In this document: in pieces, positions 21,731-30,917 of the stretch | Layout of the letters: every line of letters begins with the position of its first letter | How positions within the stretch are numbered: the stretch's first letter is position 1 | Origin: an uncultured Acidimicrobiia bacterium | GTDB taxonomy: Bacteria; Actinomycetota; Acidimicrobiia; IMCC26256; JAENVU01 | Direction of reading: 5' to 3' | NCBI GenBank assembly: GCA_963765075.1 | Contig: CAVXVA010000001.1 | Span: 769,901-833,900, forward strand | Length of the DNA stretch: 64,000 nucleotides | Made by a program: the position numbers and the translations under genes | The notes under the pieces: model-generated | The model's input: only the letters and a program-made list of their open reading frames with translations | What the model was told of the DNA's origin: nothing | Database searches by the model: none

Positions 21731-23262
21731 CGTGCCTCCTGGAGGAGCTGGTCGTAACGGTCAATGGAAGGTGGGGGCCGGTCGTAACGATCCAGGACGC
21801 CGATCGGGACCACGACCGCCGGTCGGTCATCAACCCGGCGGCGCGCTTCGACGATCACGATCGCCGGATCGATGACACCGACTGCGAGCGCAGCGCGGAT
21901 CCCGGCCCGGACCGCGTCAGCGGGGAGTTGCCGATGTGCGAGGAGCACCTCGACGAGCGCGCGGGTGCCGTGCTGATCACCGAGGCGGCGACGAGCCGCA
22001 GTCCAGTAGTCCTCGTGCTCCGCGCTGAACGCGCCCGCGGCGCGGGCCCGGACCAGAGCAGTCGCTCCGAGCATGGCACCGGGTTTGATCGCGAGGACTT
22101 CGAGGTAGTGGTCCAACGTGAGGCTCTCAGAGCCTTTCGCGACGAGGCGGGGATGTGATGCGACGATCCGGTTCCCATCGAACGCTTCGATCGTTTCAGC
22201 TCCCAAACGCACGTCGATGCGACGCCCGACATGGCCCACGGGCACCGAGTAGAAGCATTGACGGACACACACCCGTGCTTTGGTGTCGACCCGCGGCCGT
22301 AGCAACAACCTCGAGTCGAACGCCTCGACCGGCAACGGCCCCAAGGTCGGGGCTTCGAGAGCGAAGTGATCGCCGACGGTGATGGCCCGACCCGCGATCC
22401 GACGGAGATCATCGGCCCGGTCGCCGGCGGCGACGAGCTCGTTCAACTCGCTCATCGTGGTGACGTTCGGGACCGGGACCATGTGACGGCGCCGGAACCG
22501 GCCGACTTCGCCTTCGACGCCGCCCTTCTCGTGTGCGCCTTCGACGCCGGGCGTGCAGAAGAACGAATCGAACCCGTAATGCGACCGCAGCACGATGAAC
22601 TGGTCGGACTCGAGTCGGTCGCGGCCCTGCAACACGCGAACCACCGCCGGTTTCAAGTTGTCGTAACGGACCCGGCCCGGCACACCACCCACATGGTCGA
22701 ACGCGCGGACGTGACCATCGAAGAACGCTTGCTGTGCCTGATTCAGATACACGCGATGGAACGCCTTGCCCGACGCGGAAAGTCGGAACACAAACATCCA
22801 CCCCTCCGTCAACAAGCCGTCGAGGAAGAAACTCACCTGACCGAAATCGACTTCGGCTTCCGCGCCGAGGGGATGCGACTGCGGGACTTTCACCTCGACG
22901 AGCACCGGCGGCAACCTGCGTTTCGCGTCCGCGACATAACGCCGGACCGTCGACTCGCCGACGGTGGCGTGATGTTCAGTGACGAGACGTTGCCAGACCC
23001 GACGTGCGGTGTGACGTTGCTTGCGGGGCATCTCGCGATCCGCGATGAGCCACGCGTCGATCGTCGGTTTCTACGGCTCGAGGACCGGCGACACCCGCTC
23101 GACCGGTTTGCGCGGCGCGGGCACCGCCGACACCAACGCCTCCCGCACCGTTCGGCGATGCGTCCCGAACCGGCGGGCCAACTCGCGCACCGACACGTCC
23201 GGCTCATCGCGACGCGTCTTCCGGATCTGCTCGAACAAGACCACTCTCGACCTTCTCGTCAT
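21727..23262 (-). CDS. istA: IS21 DDE transposase; frameshift near 23070
   Basis: PRKQRHTARRVW, EAEVDFG, VRYDNLK, HEKGGVEGEVG; HTH N-terminus in ORF 23071..23292. Confidence 0.92.
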
Positions 23263-23506
23263 GAACCCCACGGTCCACGACAGGAAGGCCAACCCGACGG
23301 ACCCCCACCAGGATCAACCAGGTGGGGCCAAATCAGGCGAGCACAACCCGTTCAAGTGGGGCCAGAACAGGTGAGCACACCCAGACGACCGACGACGCCG
23401 CTCAGATCAAGGTGCTCGAGCAAGAGAATCGCGAGTTGAAGCGGACCAACGCGATTCTTCGGTCGGCTTCGGCTTTTTTCGCGGCGGAGCTCGACCGCCC
23501 ACAGAA

Positions 23507-24415
23507 GTGATGGTGGACTACATCGACGCGCATCGCGCCGAGTTCGGAGTCGAGCCCATCTGCAAAGCACTGCAGGTGGCTCCGTCCACGCACTACGCGG
23601 CGAAGTCGCGGCCCGCGTCGGCCCGGTCGTTACGCGACGCGATGTTGATCCCGATCCTTGTCGCGATCTGGATGACGAACTACCGCGTCTACGGGGCCCA
23701 CAAGCTTTGGAAAGCCGCTCGGCGTGCCGGTCATGAGATCGGCCGGGATCAATTCGCCCGACTCATGAAAGTCTCCGGGATCGAGGGTGTGAGCCGCCGG
23801 CGACGCAAGGTCCGCACCACGCGTCCGGATCCCTCTGCGCCGCGGCCGGCGGATCTCGTCAAACGCGACTTCACCGCCGAAGCTCCGAACGCGTTGTGGG
23901 TCACGGACCTGACCTACGTGCCGACGTGGTCGGGGTTCGCGTACGTGTGTTTCATCGTCGACGCGTACTCACGGATGATCGTGGGTTGGCGCGTCGCCGC
24001 GCACATGCGGACCGACATGGTCCTCGACGCGCTCGAGATGGCCCGCTGGTCGCGTGGCACCCTGCTCGGAGGACTGCGGTGTCACTCCGACGCCGGGAGC
24101 CAGTTCACGAGTGTCCGCTACGGCGAACGCCTCGCGGATCTCGGTGCGGTCCCATCGATCGGCACGGTCGGCGATTCGTATGACAATGCCCTGGCCGAAT
24201 CGGTGAACGCGCTCTACAAGACCGAGTTGATCTACGGGCCCGGCCAAGGACCATGGCGCACGGTCGAAGACGTCGAACTCGCGACCCTCAGCTGGGTGCA
24301 CTGGCACAACACCGAGCGGCTCCACAGCCACTGCAACGACGTGCCACCCACAGAGTTCGAAACCGCGTTCTACGCTGCCCAATCAGCCGCCCCCGCAGCG
24401 GTTGGAAACCAATAG
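23507..24415 (+). CDS. IS3 transposase orfB
   Basis: WVTDLTYV, HSDAGSQF, DSYDNALAES; TGATG coupling to orfA. Confidence 0.95.
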   Translation: MMVDYIDAHRAEFGVEPICKALQVAPSTHYAAKSRPASARSLRDAMLIPILVAIWMTNYRVYGAHKLWKAARRAGHEIGRDQFARLMKVSGIEGVSRRRRKVRTTRPDPSAPRPADLVKRDFTAEAPNALWVTDLTYVPTWSGFAYVCFIVDAYSRMIVGWRVAAHMRTDMVLDALEMARWSRGTLLGGLRCHSDAGSQFTSVRYGERLADLGAVPSIGTVGDSYDNALAESVNALYKTELIYGPGQGPWRTVEDVELATLSWVHWHNTERLHSHCNDVPPTEFETAFYAAQSAAPAAVGNQ

Positions 24416-24446
24416 AACGAGCCTCCACCAGACCCAGGGCGATTCA

Positions 24447-24545
24447 CACCGACGACGTCGTCGAGGCCGAAGTCGCGCTCGACGATGCGATCGCGTGGTG
24501 CACCGCACCAGAGCCGGCCCCGAGCTCCGCAAACTCGCGAAGGCC
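24447..24545 (+). pseudogene. ISL3-family transposase fragment
   Basis: EAEVALDDAIAWCTAPE..PELRKLAK resembles the ISL3 C-terminal helices. Confidence 0.5.
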
Positions 24546-24649
24546 AAGTTGGAAGCCGGCGGCGTCACACGCGAACATCACCAAGTCACGAGACTCCGAG
24601 CCCGACGCAGCTCAGTCGCGTAGGCCGATCAAGATGGAGCCTCGAGGCC

Positions 24650-25258
24650 CTACCTCGCGTCCGTCTTCGGCTCAAGGTGCGGAGCAAAGTCTGAAACATA
24701 CGAATCGAACCCAGCGCGGCGTATTGTCAGGAAGTACTTGTGCCAATATTTCCCATCCAGAAACTCGTGCTCCTTCAAACATCCTTCAACTTCAAACAAT
24801 CGTCCGCGTCCAGCTGCAATACGCTCATAGTTGAACTCGAGCATCTCCATATAGATTTGTCGAAGAGGCCAGCTATCAAAGCAATACCGCAAAAACAGCC
24901 CCACCATTTCCAGCGCCCAACCCTGCGCTTCAAATGCCGGGGCAAGGATCGTGGAAAGCCACGCCGTGCCGCTTCTCAGATCAGCGTTGTAGAGCGAAGC
25001 CAACCCGATCGGCTTTGCGTCGCTCCGCCGCACACCGAGGTATTGCACCAGAACACCCTGATATAGTGTTTGCGCAAACTGATCAGGACTCGGGGGTGCA
25101 CTTCGGAACCGCCATCGATGAATGTTCTCCGGTGCGGTACCTATAGAGAAAAGAAAATCATAGTCTCGCGGGCCAACAGGTCGGAGCGAGACCCTCGCAC
25201 CGACAAGTCTTGCCGTTACGTCAGCCCATGCTGCATCGGGAACGCTGAGGTCATCCAT
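24650..25258 (-). CDS. GNAT (RimJ/RimL-like) acyltransferase
   Basis: RVSLRPV..DYDFL, PIGLASLY, EAQGWA (motif A-like), N..., FEVEGCLKEHEFLDGKYW; ATG overlaps the ACP stop (TGATG). Confidence 0.88.
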   Translation of the reverse strand: MDDLSVPDAAWADVTARLVGARVSLRPVGPRDYDFLFSIGTAPENIHRWRFRSAPPSPDQFAQTLYQGVLVQYLGVRRSDAKPIGLASLYNADLRSGTAWLSTILAPAFEAQGWALEMVGLFLRYCFDSWPLRQIYMEMLEFNYERIAAGRGRLFEVEGCLKEHEFLDGKYWHKYFLTIRRAGFDSYVSDFAPHLEPKTDAR

Positions 25259-25504
25259 CAAACGGCGCCTGACTCGCGATACCGGTCATAAAGGTCGCCC
25301 AACGTCACAAGCGAGGACGCAAGCCGTTCCGGAACGACGGCACCTAGAGACTCCATAAGGGCGATAGTCTCAAAGAGCTGCAGGGAGTCAAGACCGATTT
25401 CCCTTACGAGTTCCGTGGACCGGCCCCAGTCACCTCGTTCAATTTGGAGCCCATCTGAAAGGATGACACAGAACTGCTCAAAGTCTCTAGGAATCGGCGT
25501 TCAC
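25258..25504 (-). CDS. Acyl carrier protein (not in ORF track; start codon appears one base out of frame)
   Basis: Open frame 25500 to 25258: TPIPRDFEQFCVILSDGLQIERGDWGRSTELVREIGLDSLQLFETIALMESLGAVVPERLASSLVTLGDLYDRYRESGAV*; GLDSL phosphopantetheine motif and TLGDL helix IV. Confidence 0.85.
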
Positions 25505-25515
25505 CTTCATCCTGC

Positions 25516-26261
25516 TTAACCTCCAGCGGCATTCGTCGCCGTGCGAATAAATTGGTCAAGTTCGGGCATGGACATTGAGGCAACCTTCGCCACAATTGGA
25601 TTCTCAAATTGATCACGAGAGTCTTCGCGTTTCCACCGTCGGCAGTAACTGCAAGGCCGACTGGATGGACAAGGCGGTAGTATCCGCTTTCAGCGGTGAC
25701 CCTGTCGGCGGGGAGACCGAGTCGTTGAGCTTCAGAGCGTTTGCTTCGGAGGAAAAAAATGTTGGGTCCGTCCCCGTCAAGTTCCTTCAACCCGCTGACA
25801 AACGCCTCGGCAGCACGCGGGTCGCTCACGGGTATTGGGAATTCCAAGCGGACGAGCCCTCCGCCGTCTCTGTCAGGATCGTTCCCAGCGAGGAGTGACA
25901 CCACCGAAATGGACATGACTCCGTACTGAACCTGCGTCTCCTTCTCCTCGCCGAAAGACCTGCCGAGCTTCACGTCAACCACCGTCGCTGCGACAACCGC
26001 GTCGGACCGCGTCGCAAGCTCGGACAGGTCAGAATATTCCTCCACGAAGAGAATAGCGCTGTTTCCCTCATCAAACGAGAAGCGATTCCATGCACCACTT
26101 GAGGGGCCTCGTGGATACGATGGAGTCGCCTGCACGTCGAGTGATCCGCTACCCGGCCGACTCTGAACACGAGTTTCCGTCTTTGAGCCGCAACCGGCAA
26201 CAATCGTTACAACGATCGGAATCAGTAGGATTCGGCTCAAAAGCGATCTGGTCAGCTTCAT
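25516..26261 (-). CDS. Lipoprotein of unknown function, possibly NTR/TIMP-like; frameshift near 25620
   Basis: MKLTRSLLSRILLIPIVVTIVAGC lipobox; YSDLSELATRSDAVVAATVVDV; alternate-frame C-terminus ENPIVAKVASMSMPELDQFIRTATNAAGG*. Confidence 0.75.
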
Positions 26262-26275
26262 TGTTCCGCCTATTG

Positions 26276-26896
26276 CTAGTATGCTTGGTTGATCCACCCG
26301 TCGATCTCGTGGGTCTCTAGGTTTAGAGGCCAAGGATAATCCACGTCACTTACCATACAAGAAGACGAGGAAGAGGTATGCCGCAGCCCAACGGTGTGGC
26401 CGAGTTCGTGGCAAGCCATATACTTCCGACCCTCCGAAGTATAGAACGTATCGTCGAATGTATAAGCTAGATTATACTTCAAAGTTTGATTAAAGCAGCC
26501 CTCAAGAGGGTCGGCGCCTGATCTCGTAGCGCCATCAGGGCAATTGACCCAAGCAAACACGCCGTTCAGGCCAAAGTCGTCGTCGTAGAGCCGAACGTCG
26601 GCGGAAGTGTTGTCTGCGTTGAACTGAATGGTTAGATTCGTCGGTGCATAGACGTTCTGCAGGGCGTCAATCGTCGATTGACGCAGAGCGTTATTGCCGA
26701 AGCTGTGAAACGAAACGCTGTGCACCGAAGGCGACCCACCACCGCCGAGAGATACTTCGTTTTGAACCACGCCGTTGAGTCGTGGGGTGGAGCCCCAGTT
26801 ATTGGCACCCGCAGTCCGCACGAACCCAAGCGAAGCCAAAGTCGTCAGGCTCGAGACTGCTGCCACCCGCTTCGAATACTTCATCTTGCTAAGCAC
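26276..26896 (-). CDS. Secreted matrixin-like metzincin metalloprotease
   Basis: Signal peptide ending AGA; HELGHTVGLRH (HExxHxxGxxH); Met-turn SCM; AGGGAG RBS. Confidence 0.9.
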   Translation of the reverse strand: MLSKMKYSKRVAAVSSLTTLASLGFVRTAGANNWGSTPRLNGVVQNEVSLGGGGSPSVHSVSFHSFGNNALRQSTIDALQNVYAPTNLTIQFNADNTSADVRLYDDDFGLNGVFAWVNCPDGATRSGADPLEGCFNQTLKYNLAYTFDDTFYTSEGRKYMACHELGHTVGLRHTSSSSSCMVSDVDYPWPLNLETHEIDGWINQAY

Positions 26897-26962
26897 GCTG
26901 TCGCTCCCTTTTGGACCTCGTGCTTGGACCCGGAAGTCCAGCTTGAGGAGAGCATCACACTC

Positions 26963-26991
26963 AAGGTACCGACCGATGGATCAGGTATCAA
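26963..26991 (-). promoter_or_regulatory. Candidate sigma70-type promoter of the protease operon
   Basis: TTGATA-17 nt-TACCTT on the minus strand. Confidence 0.5.
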
Positions 26992-27021
26992 GGGGGCTCT
27001 TCGATCTTCCGCGGGGACCTT

Positions 27022-27623
27022 GGCTCGCCGCCTGATCGGTGGGGATTGTGTCATGCCCGTCCGGGGCAGTGCATGAGGACACGGGTCGGGTAGTTGTCGG
27101 CGTTGCGGAACCCGCAGCCGATCCGCTTGACGTGTTTCACCTTGCGGTTGAGTCCCTCGGTGCACGCGTTGGTGATTCCGAGTTCGAACGACGCGATGAT
27201 CGGGTCGTGCCAGCGGTCGAGAGTGTGACCGAGCCGGACGAGTTCGTCGATGCCCGAATCCGCAAGCAAGCCGAGCAGGCGTCCCCACCGTCCGATCGAC
27301 GGCACGTCCCAACACGCACGCGCTTCTTCTTTCACGAGGTACGCGTAGCCGATCTCCCCGTCGGGGTCTTCGGGTCCGGTGAGCGCGGTGAACAGTCGGT
27401 CGTGTTGAGGGTCAGTGAGTCGCTCGTGTGCCTTGAGCAGCAGGTGGCGGGCGCGCCACACGTCGTCGATCTTGCGGCCGCGGCGCCGGTGGATCGCCCA
27501 CGCGTTGCGGCGGCGGATCTCATCGATCGCTTGGTGAAACAACCGCAGGGCATGGAACTTGTCCAACACCACAATCGCGTGGGGCAGCCACTGCCGGACC
27601 GCGGCGCGGAACGGTGCACACGC
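27022..27623 (-). pseudogene. ISL3-family transposase 3' part with terminal IR, truncated at the IS6 end
   Basis: LPHAIVVLDKFH, TNACTEGLNRKVKHVKRIGCGFRN; GGCTC end at 27022. Confidence 0.85.
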
Positions 27624-28032
27624 GGGCTCCGTTGCATTAGCGCAAGGTCGCGTCGGCCGGTGAGGGTGGCGGGATGAGGCCTCGCCGTTCCCGTCCGGTC
27701 CCCGTAGTGGGCCTGACCCGGTTTGCCGGACACCTTGGTTAGGCCGCTTCTGCGGTCGTGTGGTGGTGCAGTTTGGCTTCGTGTTCGGCGGGCGGGCAAT
27801 ACCCGATCGCGGAATGCAGACGACGCCGGTTGTAGAAGACCTCGATGTAGTCGAACACCGCGCGGCGAACCTGGTTGCGCGTCGCCCATGACTGCCGGTA
27901 GATGCATTCGATCTTCAACGACGCGAAGAAACTCTCCGCGACCGCGTTGTCCCAACATTGGCGTGGCCGCGACAGTGACTGGACCATCTCGTGTTCGCCG
28001 AGCAGGTCGGTGAAGCCGCGGCTCGTGTATTG

Positions 28033-29483
28033 GGCGGATTCAAGTGGTCGTCGCAACGCTGGCTTGTTGGTGGGAGCGTAGGTGTTCGTCGAGGGCTTCG
28101 GCCGGGGTGCGCCATCCGAGGATCTTGCGGGGTCGCGTGTTGAGCGCGGTGGCGACTGCCGCGAGTTCTTCGGCGGTCCAGCGTGAGAGGTCGGTGCCTT
28201 TGGGGAAGTACTGGCGCAAGAGCCCGTTGGTGTTCTCGTTGGTGCCGCGTTGCCAAGGCGAATGCGGGTCCGCGAAGTAGACCGCGATGTCGGTCTCGAC
28301 CGTGAACGCGGCGTGCGCTGTGAGTTCCTTGCCGCGATCCCAGGTCAACGACCGGCGGAGCTGTTCGGGCAGTGTCGTCATCGTCGCGGCGAGAGCGTTC
28401 TTCATCGAGACGGCTCCGTAGCCGGCAAGAGGGGGACCGTTCTTCGTGCGGGCGATGATGCCGTAGCCGTCTTCGCGTGGGAGGTGGACGAGCATCGTGA
28501 ACCGGGTCGTGCGTTCAACCAGCGTGCCGATCGCGGAGCGTTCCAGGCCGATGATGAGGTCGCCTTCCCAGTGGCCGGGAACCTTGCGGTCGGTGACTTC
28601 AGCGGGCCGTTTGCCGATCATCACGTCGGGGGTGACGTGCGCCCAAGATTTCTGTCGTGTCCGGCCCCGCGGGACCCGCAGCGCCCGGCCGGTGCGCAGA
28701 CATGCGACCAGCTCACGCTGTAGCGCACCGCGACTCTCGACGTAGAGGGCCTGGTAGATCGCTTCGTGGCTGATCCGCATGGACTCATCGTCAGGGAAGT
28801 CGTCTTTGAGACGCTGCGAGATCTGCTCAGGGCTCCAGCCCTGCACCCATCGGCGGTCTCCGCGATGCGGCTTGTTGCGACCCTTCCATGGGCCGGTTGC
28901 TGGGCCTTCGATCACGGTCCCGTCCGCATTGTGCAGCTTTCCCGAGAGGCGATCCTGCACGTAGCCGCGCAGTTGCTCGTTGGTGATGAGCTTCGCGGTC
29001 TTCGGGCGTCGAGCAACCAGTTCAGCTTTCCATTGGGCGACTGACGCTCGATACTCGAGGTTGCCGCCACGAGTCGCCGCGTTGCGCCGCAACTCGCGCG
29101 AGATCGTCGACGGTGAACGTCCCAACCGACGAGCGATCTCTCGCACCCCGAGCCCCTGGGCTCGGAACATCGCGATGTCCTCACGTTCGGAGAACACCAG
29201 GTATCGGCCAGTGAGCGGGGCAAGATCCATCGGTGCCATTCCACCACCATGGCGGAACCACCGGCCGCCAACCGCCTGCGAGACACCAACCGCGATCGAC
29301 GCGTCCTCGCTCGTGATCCCCTTAGCGATCTCACGCCAGAACTCCCGCTCCACCTCTCGACGATGTGACGGAGCGCCCGGCGACTTCATCGCCGACCTGC
29401 CCGTCAACTCTTTCATCCACCCCGCTGGCCGTCCCATCAACACCTCCATGATCGAAGTGTTGCGACCACCAGTTGAACTCGGT
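28033..29483 (-). mobile_element. IS30-family element
   Basis: IRs GGCGGATTCAAGTGGTCGTCGCAAC and GTTGCGACCACCAGTTGAACTCGGT, flanked by TTG on both sides. Confidence 0.88.
28040..29437 (-). CDS. IS30 transposase
   Basis: LGRSPSTISRELRRN, WSPEQIS, GHWEGDLIIG, LTWDRGKE, PWQRGTNENTNGLLRQYFPKG. Confidence 0.95.
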   Translation of the reverse strand: MGRPAGWMKELTGRSAMKSPGAPSHRREVEREFWREIAKGITSEDASIAVGVSQAVGGRWFRHGGGMAPMDLAPLTGRYLVFSEREDIAMFRAQGLGVREIARRLGRSPSTISRELRRNAATRGGNLEYRASVAQWKAELVARRPKTAKLITNEQLRGYVQDRLSGKLHNADGTVIEGPATGPWKGRNKPHRGDRRWVQGWSPEQISQRLKDDFPDDESMRISHEAIYQALYVESRGALQRELVACLRTGRALRVPRGRTRQKSWAHVTPDVMIGKRPAEVTDRKVPGHWEGDLIIGLERSAIGTLVERTTRFTMLVHLPREDGYGIIARTKNGPPLAGYGAVSMKNALAATMTTLPEQLRRSLTWDRGKELTAHAAFTVETDIAVYFADPHSPWQRGTNENTNGLLRQYFPKGTDLSRWTAEELAAVATALNTRPRKILGWRTPAEALDEHLRSHQQASVATTT

Positions 29484-30079
29484 TTGACTGCCACGGTCGG
29501 AGTGGAACATCGCACCCGGTGCGGGCCGACGGTTCGTGATCGCCATGCGGAGCGCGTCGCAGACCAACGATGCGCGCATGTGCTCGGCCATTGCCCAACC
29601 GACCACGCGTCGCGACGCCAAGTCGATCACCGTCGCCAAGTAGAGCCAGCCTTCCCACGTGCGGATGTAAGTGATGTCACCCACATACACGCGGTCCAGC
29701 TCGACCGAGTCGGGTGCGAAGTTCCGTTTCAGGAGATCCTGCCCAACGACTGCCGGATCAGAGATCGTGGTTGTGATCCACCGCCGTGGTGCGCAACCCA
29801 CCAGGCCATCCTGGCGCATGATCCGAGCGACCCGTTCCCGTCGCACACACACGCCCCGATTGGCGAGTTCGCGATGAACTCGCGGCGACCCGTAGACCCC
29901 ACGAGATTCCTCGTGGACCTTCCTGATCCGTTCGAGCAGTGCGAGATCCGCGACCGTGCGCGCCGATGGAACATGGTGGTGCCACTCGTAGAAAGCGGAC
30001 CGGGAAACCTCGAGCAACCCGCACGCCTTCGCGACGTTGCGGTGCTCCACCTTCTCCGCCTCGATGAACGGATACACGC

Positions 30080-30388
30080 TCACCGGGTCTCCCTCGCGAA
30101 GAAAGCCGTCGCCCGTTTCAGAATGTCGCGCTCTTCGCGCAACACCCGGTTCTCCTTGCGTAACTGTGCGAGCTCGTCGAGCTGCGCGCTCGTCAACCCC
30201 TCACGTTGGCCGTCGTCGATGTCGGCTTGTTTCACCCAGGCGCGAACCGCGGTCTCCGTCAGATCAAGATCGCGTGCGACGCTCGCCACCGTGGCAGCCG
30301 GCTGGCGGACCAGCTCAACCACCTCAGCTTTGTACTCCTTGGTGAACGACCGACGCGGACGCTTCGTTCGTCCCATCGTCTCCATCAT
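30080..30388 (-). CDS. IS3 orfA
   Basis: RRSFTKEYKAEVV...VARDLDL...ELAQLRKENRVLREERDILKRATAFFA. Confidence 0.92.
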   Translation of the reverse strand: MMETMGRTKRPRRSFTKEYKAEVVELVRQPAATVASVARDLDLTETAVRAWVKQADIDDGQREGLTSAQLDELAQLRKENRVLREERDILKRATAFFARETR

Positions 30389-30917
30389 GCTGAACATCCT
30401 TCCAGGGGTAAACCCCTGATCGCAGATGTCCGTCAAACCCGGTCACGCCCATAGTTCCGAGTTCGGCGTTCAAGGGCTTTCGGTTCCCACCGGAGATCAT
30501 CGTCCTCGCCCTGCGCTGGTATCTGCGGTACGGACTGTCGTATCGCGACGTCGAAGAACTCCTGGGTCAGCGTGGGATCGAGGTCGATCACGTCACGATC
30601 TACCGGTGGGTCCGGCACTTCACACCGCTCCTCGCCGATGCGGCCGGGCCCTGTCGACACACGGTCGGTAACCGTTGGTATGTCGACGAGACCTACGTCA
30701 AGGTCGCCGGCCGCTGACGGTACGTCTACCGGGCCGAAGCCCGGCTGCGTCCGATGCGCGGACTCAAACGCGACCGCACTGCCCGAGTGATTGTCCGTGG
30801 TCATGCGCTGATACAGAACATCCGCCGCGGGCACCGGGGAGTCAACTGAGCGTCGGCGGACGGCCAAGTCTGACAACGGGTGGGCCTTTGGGGACGCAAC
30901 CCCGCGACATCCGCCGG

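Larger units (their letters stand above)
20897..23383 (-). mobile_element. IS21-family element
   Basis: TG...CA ends, multiple TTTGGCCCCAC subterminal repeats, 6-bp target duplication GACGAC (20891..20896, 23384..23389). Confidence 0.93.
20676..23510 (+). pseudogene. IS3 orfA split by IS21 (20676..20896 + 23390..23510)
   Basis: Removing IS21 restores MPTQGRSGKPTTRRYSEQEKAQAV...KPGTTTDDAAQIKVLEQENRELKRTNAILRSASAFFAAELDRPQK. Confidence 0.9.
20622..24446 (+). mobile_element. IS3-family element interrupted by IS21
   Basis: IRs TGAATCGCCCTGGG..TGGAGGCTC and GAGCCTCCA..CCCAGGGCGATTCA; no target duplication. Confidence 0.92.
27739..30083 (-). pseudogene. IS3 orfB split by IS30
   Basis: YVGDITYI...FHSDRGSQ | YTSRGF...CWDNAVAESFF. 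Confidence 0.9.
27708..30451 (-). mobile_element. IS3-family element 2, interrupted by IS30
   Basis: IRs TGGGCCTGACCCGGTTTGCCGGACA and TGTCCGTCAAACCCGGTCACGCCCA; 3-bp target duplication TAG. Confidence 0.92.
27624..30850 (+). mobile_element. Decayed IS6-family element interrupted by IS3
   Basis: IRL GGCTCCGTTGCA; joining 27674..27707 to 30455 gives MRPRRSRPVPVVPSSAFKGFRFPPEIIVLALRWYLRYGLSYRDVEELL...WYVDETYVKV; stop at 30715 and internal deletion. Confidence 0.85.

Noticed and set aside
25404-26333. 309-aa ORF as listed in the track
   Set aside because: It is chimeric: the lipoprotein starts at 26261, and the listed tail reads out of frame across the ACP gene.
24650-27020. RiPP precursor peptide for the GNAT/ACP pair
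   Set aside because: No convincing small ORF with RBS in or beside the operon, so the RiPP reading is unsupported in this window.
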